Shown here: positions 1 through 10,127 of the stretch, in pieces
Layout: every line of letters starts with the position of its first letter
How positions within the stretch are numbered: position 1 is the stretch's first letter
Assembly: GCA_964399005.1 (NCBI GenBank)
Contig: CAYNPB010000001.1
Span: 4,776 to 68,775 of the forward strand
DNA length: 64,000 bases
Direction of reading: 5' to 3'
Source of the DNA: an uncultured Sangeribacter sp.
GTDB lineage: Bacteria > Bacteroidota > Bacteroidia > Bacteroidales > Muribaculaceae
The notes under the pieces: model-generated
What the model saw: only the letters and a program-made list of their open reading frames with translations
Databases searched by the model: none
What the model was told of the DNA's origin: nothing
Position numbers and translations under genes: made by a program

Positions 1-251
1 GCTTTCTGGCTTATTGCTCCAGAATGACGCGCGAGAGCTTTATCTACAATCTTAAGGAGCCGGCTTTGAATTCAATGACCAAAGTGGAAGCCAATTTCAA
101 TGTCAAGTTTTCTCCTTTCATCAACCATAAAAACGTAGAAAGACTCATCTTTGAGATTCAAAGGGCTCACGACGATGTGCTGAGAAATGCAAATGCTCGT
201 CTTGTGCTTTTTGATTTCATGCTCAAAGTCATGATGCTATTGAGGAAATAA
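1..251 (+). CDS. holB: DNA polymerase III subunit delta' C-terminus (partial, runs off window start)
   Basis: Frame is open from position 3 (FLAYCSRMTRESFIYNL...FSPFINHKNV...NANARLVLFDFMLK), resembling the C-terminus of Bacteroidales HolB. Confidence 0.7.
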   Translation, partial: FLAYCSRMTRESFIYNLKEPALNSMTKVEANFNVKFSPFINHKNVERLIFEIQRAHDDVLRNANARLVLFDFMLKVMMLLRK

Positions 252-281
252 CTAAAAATACAAACCAAAAACCTTATAAAT

Positions 282-1187
282 ATGAAACCTACATTATTCA
301 TCCTTGCTGCAGGAATGGGAAGCCGCTACGGAGGCCTCAAGCAGCTTGACTCTCTCGGCCCATCAGGTGAAACTATAATGGACTATAGCGTCTACGACGC
401 TCTTCGTGCCGGTTTTGGAAAGATTGTCTTTGTAATCCGCCACGATTTCGAACAGGATTTCCGCGACAAGGTAATATCCAAATATGAAGGTCATGTTCCG
501 GTAGAAGTTGTGTTCCAGGACATCCATGACCTTCCGGAAGGATTCAAAGTGCCTGAAGGGCGCCAGAAGCCATGGGGCACTAACCATGCCGTATTGATGG
601 CAAAGGATGTCATCAAAGAACCGTTTGTTGTGATCAATGCTGATGACTACTATGGTCCGGAAAGTTTCCAGCTGGCAGCAGAGACACTAAAGGATCTTGA
701 AGGGAAGACAGGGGAATACTGCATGATCGGCTTCCGCATTGAAAACACTCTTAGCGAAAACGGAGGCGTAAGCCGTGGACTTTGCGAAGTGAATGAAGAG
801 GGATACCTTACCGGCGTGAAGGAATGCCACGGCATCCAGCGCAAGGGTGAAGGACTCATCCATATTGAGGACGAAGTGGAAAAACCCTTCCCGGCAGGAA
901 GCAGCGTAAGCATGAACATGTGGGGATTCACTCCGGATTATTTCGGTTATAGTGAAAAGGCATTCGTAAAGTTCCTTTCAGAGCATGGCAATGAGCTGAA
1001 ATCTGAATTCTATATCCCAACTGTAGTCAACGACTTGATCCAAAGTGGAGAAGCAACTCTGAAAGTGGTGCAGACTCCTTCTAAATGGTTTGGCGTGACA
1101 TTCGCAGCCGACCGTCAGGCTACAGTAGATCAATTCAAGGCACTTGTAGATGCCGGCGTATATCCATCACCCCTCTTTAAGAAATAA
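282..1187 (+). CDS. Sugar-phosphate nucleotidyltransferase family protein
   Basis: N-terminal LAAGMGSRYGGLKQ NTP-transferase motif; KPWGT and INADDYYG; directly upstream of galE. Confidence 0.85.
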   Translation: MKPTLFILAAGMGSRYGGLKQLDSLGPSGETIMDYSVYDALRAGFGKIVFVIRHDFEQDFRDKVISKYEGHVPVEVVFQDIHDLPEGFKVPEGRQKPWGTNHAVLMAKDVIKEPFVVINADDYYGPESFQLAAETLKDLEGKTGEYCMIGFRIENTLSENGGVSRGLCEVNEEGYLTGVKECHGIQRKGEGLIHIEDEVEKPFPAGSSVSMNMWGFTPDYFGYSEKAFVKFLSEHGNELKSEFYIPTVVNDLIQSGEATLKVVQTPSKWFGVTFAADRQATVDQFKALVDAGVYPSPLFKK

Positions 1188-1190
1188 GAA

Positions 1191-2213
1191 ATGGCTACAA
1201 AAATCTTAGTGACCGGCGGCACGGGTTATATCGGAAGCCACACTGTAGTGGAACTGCAGCAAGCCGGATATGAAGTAGTGTTAATTGACAATCTCTCAAA
1301 CTCAAACCGTGATGTATTGAAAGGCATTGAGGCTATCACAGGTATAGCTCCGGTTTTTGTAGAAGGGGACTGCACAGATCTTGAGACACTCAGAAAACTC
1401 TTCGAACAGAATCCCGGAATCAAGGGAATCATCAATTTTGCTGCTTCAAAAGCAGTAGGAGAGAGCGTTCAGAAGCCCCTCCTTTACTATAGGAACAACT
1501 TGAATACCCTCATCAATCTCTTGGAGTGCATGCCACAATATGGAGTCAAGGGAATAGTATTCTCAAGCAGCTGCACTGTATATGGCGAGCCGGATGTGAA
1601 TCCTATCGACGAGACCGCTCCTATTAAGCCGGCTACTTCACCTTATGGCAACACAAAGCAGATTTCAGAAGAGATTATCACCGACTACATCCACAGTGGA
1701 GCTCCTATAAAGAGCATAATCCTTCGATACTTCAATCCTATCGGTGCACATCCGAGTGCTAAGATAGGTGAGCTTCCATTGGGCGTGCCTCAGAATCTCG
1801 TGCCCTATCTTACTCAGGCAGCGGCTGGCATACGAAAGGAGCTGACTGTATTCGGAGACGACTATAACACTCCTGACGGAAGCTGCATCCGCGACTATAT
1901 CGATGTCGTAGACTTGGCAAAGGCTCATGTAGTGGCAATGCGCAGGATGCTCGATGGAGAAGACACCGACAATATCGAAATCTTCAATCTTGGCACAGGA
2001 AGAGGAGTATCGGTGCTTGAACTTATCAATGAGTTTGAGAAGGCAACCGGAGTGCCTGTTCCTCATAAGATTGGGGCAAGACGCGAAGGAGACATCGAAA
2101 AAATCTGGGCAATTCCTGACAAAGCCAATAATGTGCTGGGATGGAAAGCAGAAGTTCCGGTAGGAGAGACCCTCGCTAATGCCTGGAGATGGCAGACCTC
2201 GCTTCAGAAATAA
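1191..2213 (+). CDS. galE: UDP-glucose 4-epimerase
   Basis: GGTGYIGSH Rossmann motif, KAVGES, FSSSCTVYG, YGNTK catalytic motif, LRYFNPIGAHPS, RDYIDVVDLA. Confidence 0.95.
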   Translation: MATKILVTGGTGYIGSHTVVELQQAGYEVVLIDNLSNSNRDVLKGIEAITGIAPVFVEGDCTDLETLRKLFEQNPGIKGIINFAASKAVGESVQKPLLYYRNNLNTLINLLECMPQYGVKGIVFSSSCTVYGEPDVNPIDETAPIKPATSPYGNTKQISEEIITDYIHSGAPIKSIILRYFNPIGAHPSAKIGELPLGVPQNLVPYLTQAAAGIRKELTVFGDDYNTPDGSCIRDYIDVVDLAKAHVVAMRRMLDGEDTDNIEIFNLGTGRGVSVLELINEFEKATGVPVPHKIGARREGDIEKIWAIPDKANNVLGWKAEVPVGETLANAWRWQTSLQK

Positions 2214-2273
2214 AAATCTCTTATATATCATCTATTTAAGAAGAGATCTCATATTTTCTATATTTTATATTTG

Positions 2274-2307
2274 AGTCCCGATCCAAAATGGAACGGGACT
2301 TTTTTTT
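2274..2307 (+). terminator. Rho-independent terminator after galE
   Basis: AGTCCCG...CGGGACT stem followed by a T run. Confidence 0.7.
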
Positions 2308-2435
2308 CTATTTTTGTTTTATATACCACAATTTTTTTGTAATTTTGTAGTTTAAAAGTAGAACTTACAAAATCTTGTATAACGAAAAAGACTTCAAATC
2401 AACGAACCAAATAATAATCAACAACTATAATTAAC

Positions 2436-4190
2436 ATGCAAATCAAAAGTATGACACTTGCCAAAGGCATATTGTCGGTAGCAGCCGTATCACTCCTGAC
2501 CGGATGTGTGGATGACAAATATGACCTTTCAGACATCGACACTACATCTCGATTCACTGTCGACAACCTAACAGTTCCAATCAATCTTGAGACTCTACAG
2601 CTTAAGAATGTCATTGACATAGATGACGATGATGAGACAATCAAGATTGAAAATGTAGATGGAAAAGATATTTACACAATAAAGAAACGTGGCAATATTG
2701 ATCCGACCACATTCAATCTTGATCCTATCACTGTGACTCCAGATAATATTGAAGGAGTCAATATAAATATTACAAATCTACCCACCGGCATAAAACTGCC
2801 TTCACTTAAACAAACTTTCGATCTTGATCTTTCCAACGGGTTGAAAAAATATAATTTCATACTTAAAGATATCGACAAGACATTAAAGTCAATAGACCAG
2901 GTTAAGACTTCAACTATCAGCATTAATGTCACTCTTTCTGTTCCAACCGGAGTGGTATCTGCTACAAACAAGATTAACTTCAAGGATCTTAAATTAGTTT
3001 TGCCCAAAGAACTGATTGGAGTTACTTGTGAGAACGGAACATTTAATGAGTCAACTCATACTCTTACTATTTCTGATATTCCAGTCGAAACTAATGGAGT
3101 GGCAAATCTTGTCATCACTGCAAACGGTTTGGAATTAGGCGAAGAGGGAGTGATTGGAGAGAGTCATAAATTGGAAATATCCGGAATGATTGGTCTCGAA
3201 GAGGCTAAAATTGATTTTAATGTCGCTGACGTTACTCTGCCGAGTCCATTTACCATTAAAATTAATTATTCCGTATCACAATTTGATGTAGAGAAGTTCA
3301 GTGGTGTTATCGACTATGAAATGGACGACATCAAGATTGATCCTATTTCACTCAGTGATCTTCCTGACTTCCTGAACAATCCTAAGACTAATGTAATCAT
3401 TGACAATCCGGTAATCTATGTAAGTATCAAGAATCCGGTAGGGGACTATGGTCTGAACGGACATGGCCGGATCAATCTTGTGTCTAACTTCACTAATGAG
3501 AATCAGACTGTTTCAGAGACTCACTCCGGAGCATTCGAACTGACAGGAAAGGAGTCTAAAATCGCCTTCTGCTCAAATTCGGCATTCAAGCCAACGGGTG
3601 ATTATGCAGATTACACTACTGTCGTAATCAATGGACTTGATAAAATTCTGACCAACGGAGAAGACGGGCTTCCGAAAACTATTTCTGTGAGCGTCACTGA
3701 CCTCAAATTTGATGGAACAATTGAGGATCTCCCATTGGGTGATTTAGGAGCTGCAAGCGGCGAGTACAATTTCTACGCACCATTTGCATTCGGCAAAGGA
3801 TCTGTTATCTATTACAATACTACTGAAAATGGTTGGAGCAGCGATGATCTTGACGATGTGAATATCACTCTTCTTAAGCTTCATGCACTCGTCACTTCCA
3901 AACTTCCGGTCGACATAGAGCTCAAAGTACAGCCTATCGACAAGAATGGAAATGAAATAGCTGTAGAAGAGGTAACTCCGTTCCATGTTCCGGCAAATTG
4001 CACAAATGAGCTTGCCACATTGACCATAACCGGCAAGAATGGCCAGCCAATCAAGGATTTTGACGGAGTGATTTTCGAGGCAACTATCTCTCAAAACAGC
4101 GATAATGCAGAGGCTCTCGGTCCGGACATCGAGCTCGAGCTCAATGATCTCAGAATCACAGTCAACGGATACTACGAAACAGATTTCTAA
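2436..4190 (+). CDS. Surface lipoprotein (DUF4621-like)
   Basis: Lipobox LLTG-C followed by acidic VDDKYDLSDID; beta-rich sequence; TAATTTTG -7 box at 2340-2347. Confidence 0.7.
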   Translation: MQIKSMTLAKGILSVAAVSLLTGCVDDKYDLSDIDTTSRFTVDNLTVPINLETLQLKNVIDIDDDDETIKIENVDGKDIYTIKKRGNIDPTTFNLDPITVTPDNIEGVNINITNLPTGIKLPSLKQTFDLDLSNGLKKYNFILKDIDKTLKSIDQVKTSTISINVTLSVPTGVVSATNKINFKDLKLVLPKELIGVTCENGTFNESTHTLTISDIPVETNGVANLVITANGLELGEEGVIGESHKLEISGMIGLEEAKIDFNVADVTLPSPFTIKINYSVSQFDVEKFSGVIDYEMDDIKIDPISLSDLPDFLNNPKTNVIIDNPVIYVSIKNPVGDYGLNGHGRINLVSNFTNENQTVSETHSGAFELTGKESKIAFCSNSAFKPTGDYADYTTVVINGLDKILTNGEDGLPKTISVSVTDLKFDGTIEDLPLGDLGAASGEYNFYAPFAFGKGSVIYYNTTENGWSSDDLDDVNITLLKLHALVTSKLPVDIELKVQPIDKNGNEIAVEEVTPFHVPANCTNELATLTITGKNGQPIKDFDGVIFEATISQNSDNAEALGPDIELELNDLRITVNGYYETDF

Positions 4191-4209
4191 CTTTCAGCAA
4201 TAAACAACA

Positions 4210-5571
4210 ATGAACATCATAAATAAAAAATCAATCGCTCTTTCCCTCGCTGCACTCTCGCTTATGTCAGTGTCAGCACAAGAGTCATCGACCGGCTATT
4301 TCATGGAAAACTACAACATGAAATGGCAGATGAACCCTGCTTTGGGCAATCGCAACGGCTATGTAGGTTTTCCGGGTCTTGGCAACGTTAATGTGGCTGT
4401 CAATGGTAATCTTTCACCTACAGACATCGTATATCCTCTCAATGGCAAGACTGTGCTCTTCACCAACCCGGGAATTTCCACTAAGGAAGCTCTTGGCAAA
4501 TTCAGCAATACCAGCCGTCTTTCCCAGAACCTCGGTCTGAACATTCTTCAGGCAGGTTTCAAGGCTTGGGGTGGCTACAACAATATCGCCATCAACGTTA
4601 AAGAAAACGTAAGCCTTGACCTTCCAAAAAGTTTTTTCTCCCTTGCTAAGGAGGGTATCGGCAACAAGACTTACGACATCAAGAATCTTCGTGCCAAAGC
4701 TGCAGCATATGCTGAAATCGCATTAAACCACTCTCGCGACATCAAGCAAGTGCCCGGACTTCGTGCCGGTGCGAGCCTTAAGTTCTTGCTTCCCGTAGCT
4801 TTCGCTGAAGCAGACTTCAATGATCTTGCCCTTGAACTTGGCGAAAACAACTGGAAAGCCCGCTCAAATGCCCGACTCCGCATCGGTCTTGATGGAGTAA
4901 GATATGACATGGATGTCAACGACCGCACTAAAGCTCGCTATGTCAGCGGTGTGAACACTGATGATGTTAAGTTTGGAATCAACGGTTTCGGATTTGCATT
5001 TGATCTCGGTGCAACTTACGAATGGAGAGACTTCACATTCTCACTTGCCTTCACCGACCTTGGCGTGCTGAGTTTCTCAAAAGTTCAGGAAGCATCCACC
5101 AACGGCACAAAAGTATTTGAGACAGCAGCTCATCCTATAGGAATAGATGACGACGGCGACAGCTGGGATAAGCTTGTAGATGACCTTTCGCCACTCTATG
5201 AACTTGACGACAACGGCACAGTATCATCTTCAATCGCTGTGCAAGGAAAGATGCGTGCAGGTGTGGACTATAAGTTCCCATACTACAACAAGCTTCACTT
5301 CGGCTTCATGAACACCACCAACCTGAGCTCTATCTTCCCCTCTACCGAGTTCCGCATTTCTGCAAATGTAGAGCCTATCAAGGGCATTGCAGCGTCTGTC
5401 AGTGCAGCTGCCGGAACCTATGGTTGCAACTATGGTTTCCTTCTCAGCCTCGGCAACAAGGGTTTCAACTTCCTCATCGGTATGGACTACGCAGCCCTCA
5501 AGCTTGACAAGAACAGCTATCCTCTGTGCTCTAACGTAGACCTTCATCTTGGTATCAACTTCCCCTTCTGA
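4210..5571 (+). CDS. Outer-membrane beta-barrel protein (DUF5723-like)
   Basis: Signal peptide, MNPA motif near the N-terminus, GFAFDLGATY strand, C-terminal GINFPF aromatic end. Confidence 0.7.
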   Translation: MNIINKKSIALSLAALSLMSVSAQESSTGYFMENYNMKWQMNPALGNRNGYVGFPGLGNVNVAVNGNLSPTDIVYPLNGKTVLFTNPGISTKEALGKFSNTSRLSQNLGLNILQAGFKAWGGYNNIAINVKENVSLDLPKSFFSLAKEGIGNKTYDIKNLRAKAAAYAEIALNHSRDIKQVPGLRAGASLKFLLPVAFAEADFNDLALELGENNWKARSNARLRIGLDGVRYDMDVNDRTKARYVSGVNTDDVKFGINGFGFAFDLGATYEWRDFTFSLAFTDLGVLSFSKVQEASTNGTKVFETAAHPIGIDDDGDSWDKLVDDLSPLYELDDNGTVSSSIAVQGKMRAGVDYKFPYYNKLHFGFMNTTNLSSIFPSTEFRISANVEPIKGIAASVSAAAGTYGCNYGFLLSLGNKGFNFLIGMDYAALKLDKNSYPLCSNVDLHLGINFPF

Positions 5572-5603
5572 TCTGATATATTTGAATAAATAATCATAAT
5601 ATT

Positions 5604-5633
5604 CGGCTCCGCAATGATGCGGGGCCGTTTTTT
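5604..5633 (+). terminator. Rho-independent terminator
   Basis: CGGCTCCGCA-ATGA-TGCGGGGCCG followed by T6. Confidence 0.8.
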
Positions 5634-5724
5634 ATATGGTTTTGCAACTCGGTTTCGCTATTTTTTTGTTAATTTTGCACTACAAAAGAAAGTGTAACGA
5701 ATCTAATATTAGAATACGACCAAA

Positions 5725-6981
5725 ATGAATCGGAAATACCTCAAAATATCAATGTTGATTTGCTCGGCATTGCTCTTTAATGCCGCAACTTCAAGTTGTG
5801 GGAAATCAGATAAACATGCGGATTCAGAGATGAGCCATAAAGATCATGATCATGACAAAGAAGATCATGACCATGAAAACGAAGGCCCGGATCATAAGCA
5901 CGAAGATGACGAAGACCATGACCACGATCATGAAGATGGGGGAGAATCGCATGAAGGGCACGATCACAGCGGACTGATCGAAATGAAAGAGAATACGATG
6001 AAGCGATTCGGTGTAGAGACTGAAAAGATATTGCCTTCGGATTTCTCGGAAGTCATTTTGGTGTCAGGAAGAATTGAGGCTAAGGCATCGGATGAAGGAG
6101 TAGCCACAGCTACACGAAATGGCATACTTACTCTCAACCCTAACGTAAATACCGGAGTCAGAGTTAACGCAGGAAGCTCAATAGGATCAATTTCGGCTTC
6201 AAATGTGCAAGGAGGCGACCCTACAGTGCAGGCAATCGCTGCAAGAAATGCAGCTAAACGTGAGCTTGACCGACTCAAACCGCTTCATGATGACGGCATT
6301 GTGAGCACTGAGGAATACAACAACGCGCTCCGCACCTATGAAGAGGCAGAGGCTGCAGTAAAGACTTCAAAACAGGGTAGTGCAAGTGTAAACTCTCCCA
6401 AATCGGGTGTCATCACCCAACTTTTGGCAAAATCCGGAGAGTATGTTGAAATTGGTCAAAGAATAGCAGTAATAAGCGGAAATACGAGTCTGACACTTCG
6501 TGCGGATGTACCGGAGAAATACATCTCTCACTTATCCGGCATCACTTCGGCAAATTTCCGACCTGCTTCATCTGAGCAGACACTTGATTTGGAGTCATTG
6601 AATGGAAAGTTGATTTCCAATCCCGGCACTTCCGTATCAGATAATGGTTATATTCCATTGTATTTCTCATTTAACAATAATGGTAGTGTTGCTCCCGGAG
6701 CTTTTGCTGAGATATATCTTAAGTCCGGACTGCGACATGGCGTGATAACTGTCCCTAAGGAAGCCATAGTAGAGATCAACGGCAATAAATGCGTGTATGC
6801 ATCGCATGGCAAAGATCATTTTATCAAGCATTTAGTGACTCTTGGTGCGTCAGACGGCAAAAGAATAGAGATTCTTTCAGGTCTTGAAGCCGGAGAAGAT
6901 GTTGTAGTGAAAGGCGCACAGGCAGTAAGAATGGCTGAGACTTCCGCTACGGCTGTCCCGGGTCATACCCATAATCATTAA
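5725..6981 (+). CDS. RND efflux periplasmic adaptor (CzcB/CusB-like) with His/Asp-rich N-terminus
   Basis: Lipoprotein signal (SSC), His-rich tract, SPKSGVI lipoyl-like motif, C-terminal GLEAGEDVVVKGA...PGHTHNH. Confidence 0.9.
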   Translation: MNRKYLKISMLICSALLFNAATSSCGKSDKHADSEMSHKDHDHDKEDHDHENEGPDHKHEDDEDHDHDHEDGGESHEGHDHSGLIEMKENTMKRFGVETEKILPSDFSEVILVSGRIEAKASDEGVATATRNGILTLNPNVNTGVRVNAGSSIGSISASNVQGGDPTVQAIAARNAAKRELDRLKPLHDDGIVSTEEYNNALRTYEEAEAAVKTSKQGSASVNSPKSGVITQLLAKSGEYVEIGQRIAVISGNTSLTLRADVPEKYISHLSGITSANFRPASSEQTLDLESLNGKLISNPGTSVSDNGYIPLYFSFNNNGSVAPGAFAEIYLKSGLRHGVITVPKEAIVEINGNKCVYASHGKDHFIKHLVTLGASDGKRIEILSGLEAGEDVVVKGAQAVRMAETSATAVPGHTHNH

Positions 6982-6992
6982 TCGCCAGAGCC

Positions 6993-9900
6993 ATGCTAAA
7001 TAAGATAATCAATTGGTCATTAGCCAACAGGCTAATAGTGCTTTTAGCGGCTTGCGCCACGATTATAGCAGGATTGTTAGTGCTCGTGCGCACTGAAATA
7101 GATATATTTCCTGACCTGAATGCTCCGACGGTGGCAATCATGACAGAGGCTTCCGGTCTTGCTCCTGAAGAAGTGGAGAGATCGGTCACTTATCCAATAG
7201 AGACCGCTGTCAATGGAGCATCAGGAGTGAGAAGGGTACGTTCGAGCTCTGCGACCGGTTTTTCGGTGGTTTGGGTGGAGTTTGACTGGAATACAGATGC
7301 TTATAAGGCTCGTCAGACGGTCAGCGAACGACTTTCAGGTATCGAAGGGAGTCTTCCTGCCAATGTGGGGAACCCGGTTATGGGACCTCAGTCATCTATT
7401 TTGGGAGAAATAATGATAATCGGCATGACTTCCGACAGCATTTCCCAAGGTGAACTGAGAAGTGTCGCAGATCGTACCATTCGTCCACGTCTGCTTTCGC
7501 TTGCCGGAGTCAGCCAGGTATCAGTGATTGGAGGTGAAGAACTTGAATATCAGATTCTTCTCAGTCCGGAAAGGATGAGACACTACGGCATATCGCTTAC
7601 AGATGTAGCAGAGGCAACTGAAAATATGAATGTCAATGTCTCGGGAGGCACTACATATGAATATGGCAACGAGTATCTGATCAAGGGAGTAGTAGCCACT
7701 TCAGATGTAGAGGAAATTGCTGATGCCACAATAAAAGGAGAATCAGGACAAACGTGCAAGATTGGTGATATAGCAGAAGTCAAGATAGGTCCGAAGACTC
7801 CAAAGATAGGAACAGCAACACTACGCGCTAAGCCGGCGGTGCTGATTACCGTCACGAAGCAACCTGCAATCGGCTCCATCGGTCTGACTGAAGAAATCAA
7901 TAAGGAATTAGGGAATCTTAAAGAATCTTTGCCTTCGGGAATCGAAGTTGACACGCAAATATTCAATCAGAGCGAGTTTATTCAGACTTCGGTAAGCAAT
8001 CTTCAGCAATCACTGCTCGAGGGAGCACTGTTTGTAATCATCGTCCTCTTCTTCTTCCTGATGAACTTGCGGACTACTGTAATTTCAATCGTAGCTATTC
8101 CGCTCTCAATTCTTATAGCAGTAATTGCACTGCACTATATGGGCTTCTCCATCAATACGATGACTCTCGGAGGAATTGCAATTGCCATAGGTTCGCTCGT
8201 AGACGATGCTATTGTCGACGTAGAGAATGTATATAAGAGACTTAGGGAAAACAGGATGAAAAGTGGAGACGAACGTCTGTCGGTCATCAAGGTGGTGTAT
8301 GAGGCATCGCGTGAAGTCCGCAAACCAATACTTAACTCCACTCTCATAATAATCGCATCTTTCCTGCCTCTCTTTTTCCTGAGCGGAATAGAGGGACGCC
8401 TGCTGAAGCCACTTGGAATAGCATTTATCGTGGCTTTGGCTGCTTCTACTGTAGTGGCCCTTACTCTTACGCCTGTGCTTTGCAGCTATCTTCTTGCCGG
8501 TGATACCAAAAAAGAGGAGCAGGCTCTTAATAAAGAACCGAAAACTGCCCGATGGATGCGTGAACGATACTCCAAGATGCTCGATAAGGTGCTTGCTAAT
8601 TCCCGTCCTTGGGTGATAGGAGTAGCAGTGCTGTTCGTAGGCGCCGTTGCAGTCTTTTTCACACTTGGACGAAGTTTTCTTCCCGGCTTCAACGAAGGGA
8701 GCTTCACCATCAATGTGAGCGCGATGCCGGGTATATCTCTCGAACAGAGCGACAGCATGGGTATAGCGGCCGAACGCATCATCATGACAGTGCCGGAAGT
8801 GAGGAACGTAGCCCGCAAAACAGGACGAGCAGAACTTGATGAGCATGCTTTAGGAGTCAATACCTCTGAAATGGAAGTGCCTTATGTGCTCGACAAAGGT
8901 AGGAGCAAGAGCGAAGTAGTAAGAGAGCTTCGGGAAAAGTTGGCAGAGTTGCCCGGGGTAAATGTGGAAATCGGTCAACCAATTTCACACCGGATTGATG
9001 CCATGCTTAGTGGTGCCCAGGCGCAAATAGCAGTGAAAATATTTGGTGATGATCTTGATCGTCTCTATACCATAGGTCAGCAAATCGGCGGAGAAATGAG
9101 AGAGATAAAAGGAATTGTGGACATTAATGTAGAGCAGCAGATCTCACGTCCACAACTCGATATAGTTCCCCGCCGTGAAATGCTTTCCAAATACGGCATT
9201 ACAATTCCTGAATTTAGCCGATACGTTCAAATGGCAATAGGTGGAGAAGTGGTAAGCCAAGTATTTGTCGGCAACAAGCCTTATGACCTGACGGTGAAAG
9301 TGGAAGACGCAAGGCGAGACACGAAAGAAAGAATCGAAGACCTTATGATCGACAGCAATATCGGAAAGATACCTCTCTCATATGTAGCTGATGTAAAAAT
9401 AGGAAGCGGACCAAACACTATCAATAGGGAAAATGTCAGTCGTCTTCTTACAGTATCAGCAAACGTGGATGGTCGTGATCTGAAGAGTGCCGTAGATGAG
9501 ATAAAGGAAGTGATAGCAGAGCATGTAGAACTCCCGGAAGGTTACTTTGTGACATATGGCGGACAATTTGAGAATGAAGAAGCTGCTTCGCGTATGCTCG
9601 CTTTGACTTCCATCCTTGCACTTGCTATTATATTCTTCCTTATTTACTCAGAATTCAAGAGTGTAGCAGAATCTTTTACAATCCTTGTCAATATGCCATT
9701 GGCATTGATAGGAGGAGTTCTGATACTTCGATTTACTACCGGAGAAGTCAATATTCCAGCCATCATAGGATTCATATCGCTGATGGGCATCTCCACACGC
9801 AATGGTATGCTTCTGATCTCGAGATACAATCGTTTGCGTGCTGAAGGGTTGAGTATAGAGGAAACAGTCAAGAAAGGATCTTCCGACCGTCTGCTTCCTA

Positions 9901-10112
9901 TTATCATGACAGCCCTTACTTCTGCGCTTGCACTCGTGCCTATTGCTGTGCGAGGAGGTGAGCCCGGAAATGAGATACAGTCACCGCTTGCCATCGTGAT
10001 TTTGGGAGGATTGATAAGCAGCACACTTCTGAACATTTTTATTGTTCCGGTGTTTTACAGAAAGATTCAGCAAAGAAAAGAGCAAAAGCAATTGCTGGAT
10101 AAGCCACTATAA
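6993..10112 (+). CDS. Heavy-metal RND efflux transporter (CzcA/CusA family)
   Basis: 1039 aa; IDIFPDL, GLAPEEVE, GSLVDDAIVDVEN, RLLPIIMTAL motifs. Confidence 0.92.
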   Translation: MLNKIINWSLANRLIVLLAACATIIAGLLVLVRTEIDIFPDLNAPTVAIMTEASGLAPEEVERSVTYPIETAVNGASGVRRVRSSSATGFSVVWVEFDWNTDAYKARQTVSERLSGIEGSLPANVGNPVMGPQSSILGEIMIIGMTSDSISQGELRSVADRTIRPRLLSLAGVSQVSVIGGEELEYQILLSPERMRHYGISLTDVAEATENMNVNVSGGTTYEYGNEYLIKGVVATSDVEEIADATIKGESGQTCKIGDIAEVKIGPKTPKIGTATLRAKPAVLITVTKQPAIGSIGLTEEINKELGNLKESLPSGIEVDTQIFNQSEFIQTSVSNLQQSLLEGALFVIIVLFFFLMNLRTTVISIVAIPLSILIAVIALHYMGFSINTMTLGGIAIAIGSLVDDAIVDVENVYKRLRENRMKSGDERLSVIKVVYEASREVRKPILNSTLIIIASFLPLFFLSGIEGRLLKPLGIAFIVALAASTVVALTLTPVLCSYLLAGDTKKEEQALNKEPKTARWMRERYSKMLDKVLANSRPWVIGVAVLFVGAVAVFFTLGRSFLPGFNEGSFTINVSAMPGISLEQSDSMGIAAERIIMTVPEVRNVARKTGRAELDEHALGVNTSEMEVPYVLDKGRSKSEVVRELREKLAELPGVNVEIGQPISHRIDAMLSGAQAQIAVKIFGDDLDRLYTIGQQIGGEMREIKGIVDINVEQQISRPQLDIVPRREMLSKYGITIPEFSRYVQMAIGGEVVSQVFVGNKPYDLTVKVEDARRDTKERIEDLMIDSNIGKIPLSYVADVKIGSGPNTINRENVSRLLTVSANVDGRDLKSAVDEIKEVIAEHVELPEGYFVTYGGQFENEEAASRMLALTSILALAIIFFLIYSEFKSVAESFTILVNMPLALIGGVLILRFTTGEVNIPAIIGFISLMGISTRNGMLLISRYNRLRAEGLSIEETVKKGSSDRLLPIIMTALTSALALVPIAVRGGEPGNEIQSPLAIVILGGLISSTLLNIFIVPVFYRKIQQRKEQKQLLDKPL

Positions 10113-10127
10113 ACTTAATATCGGTAT

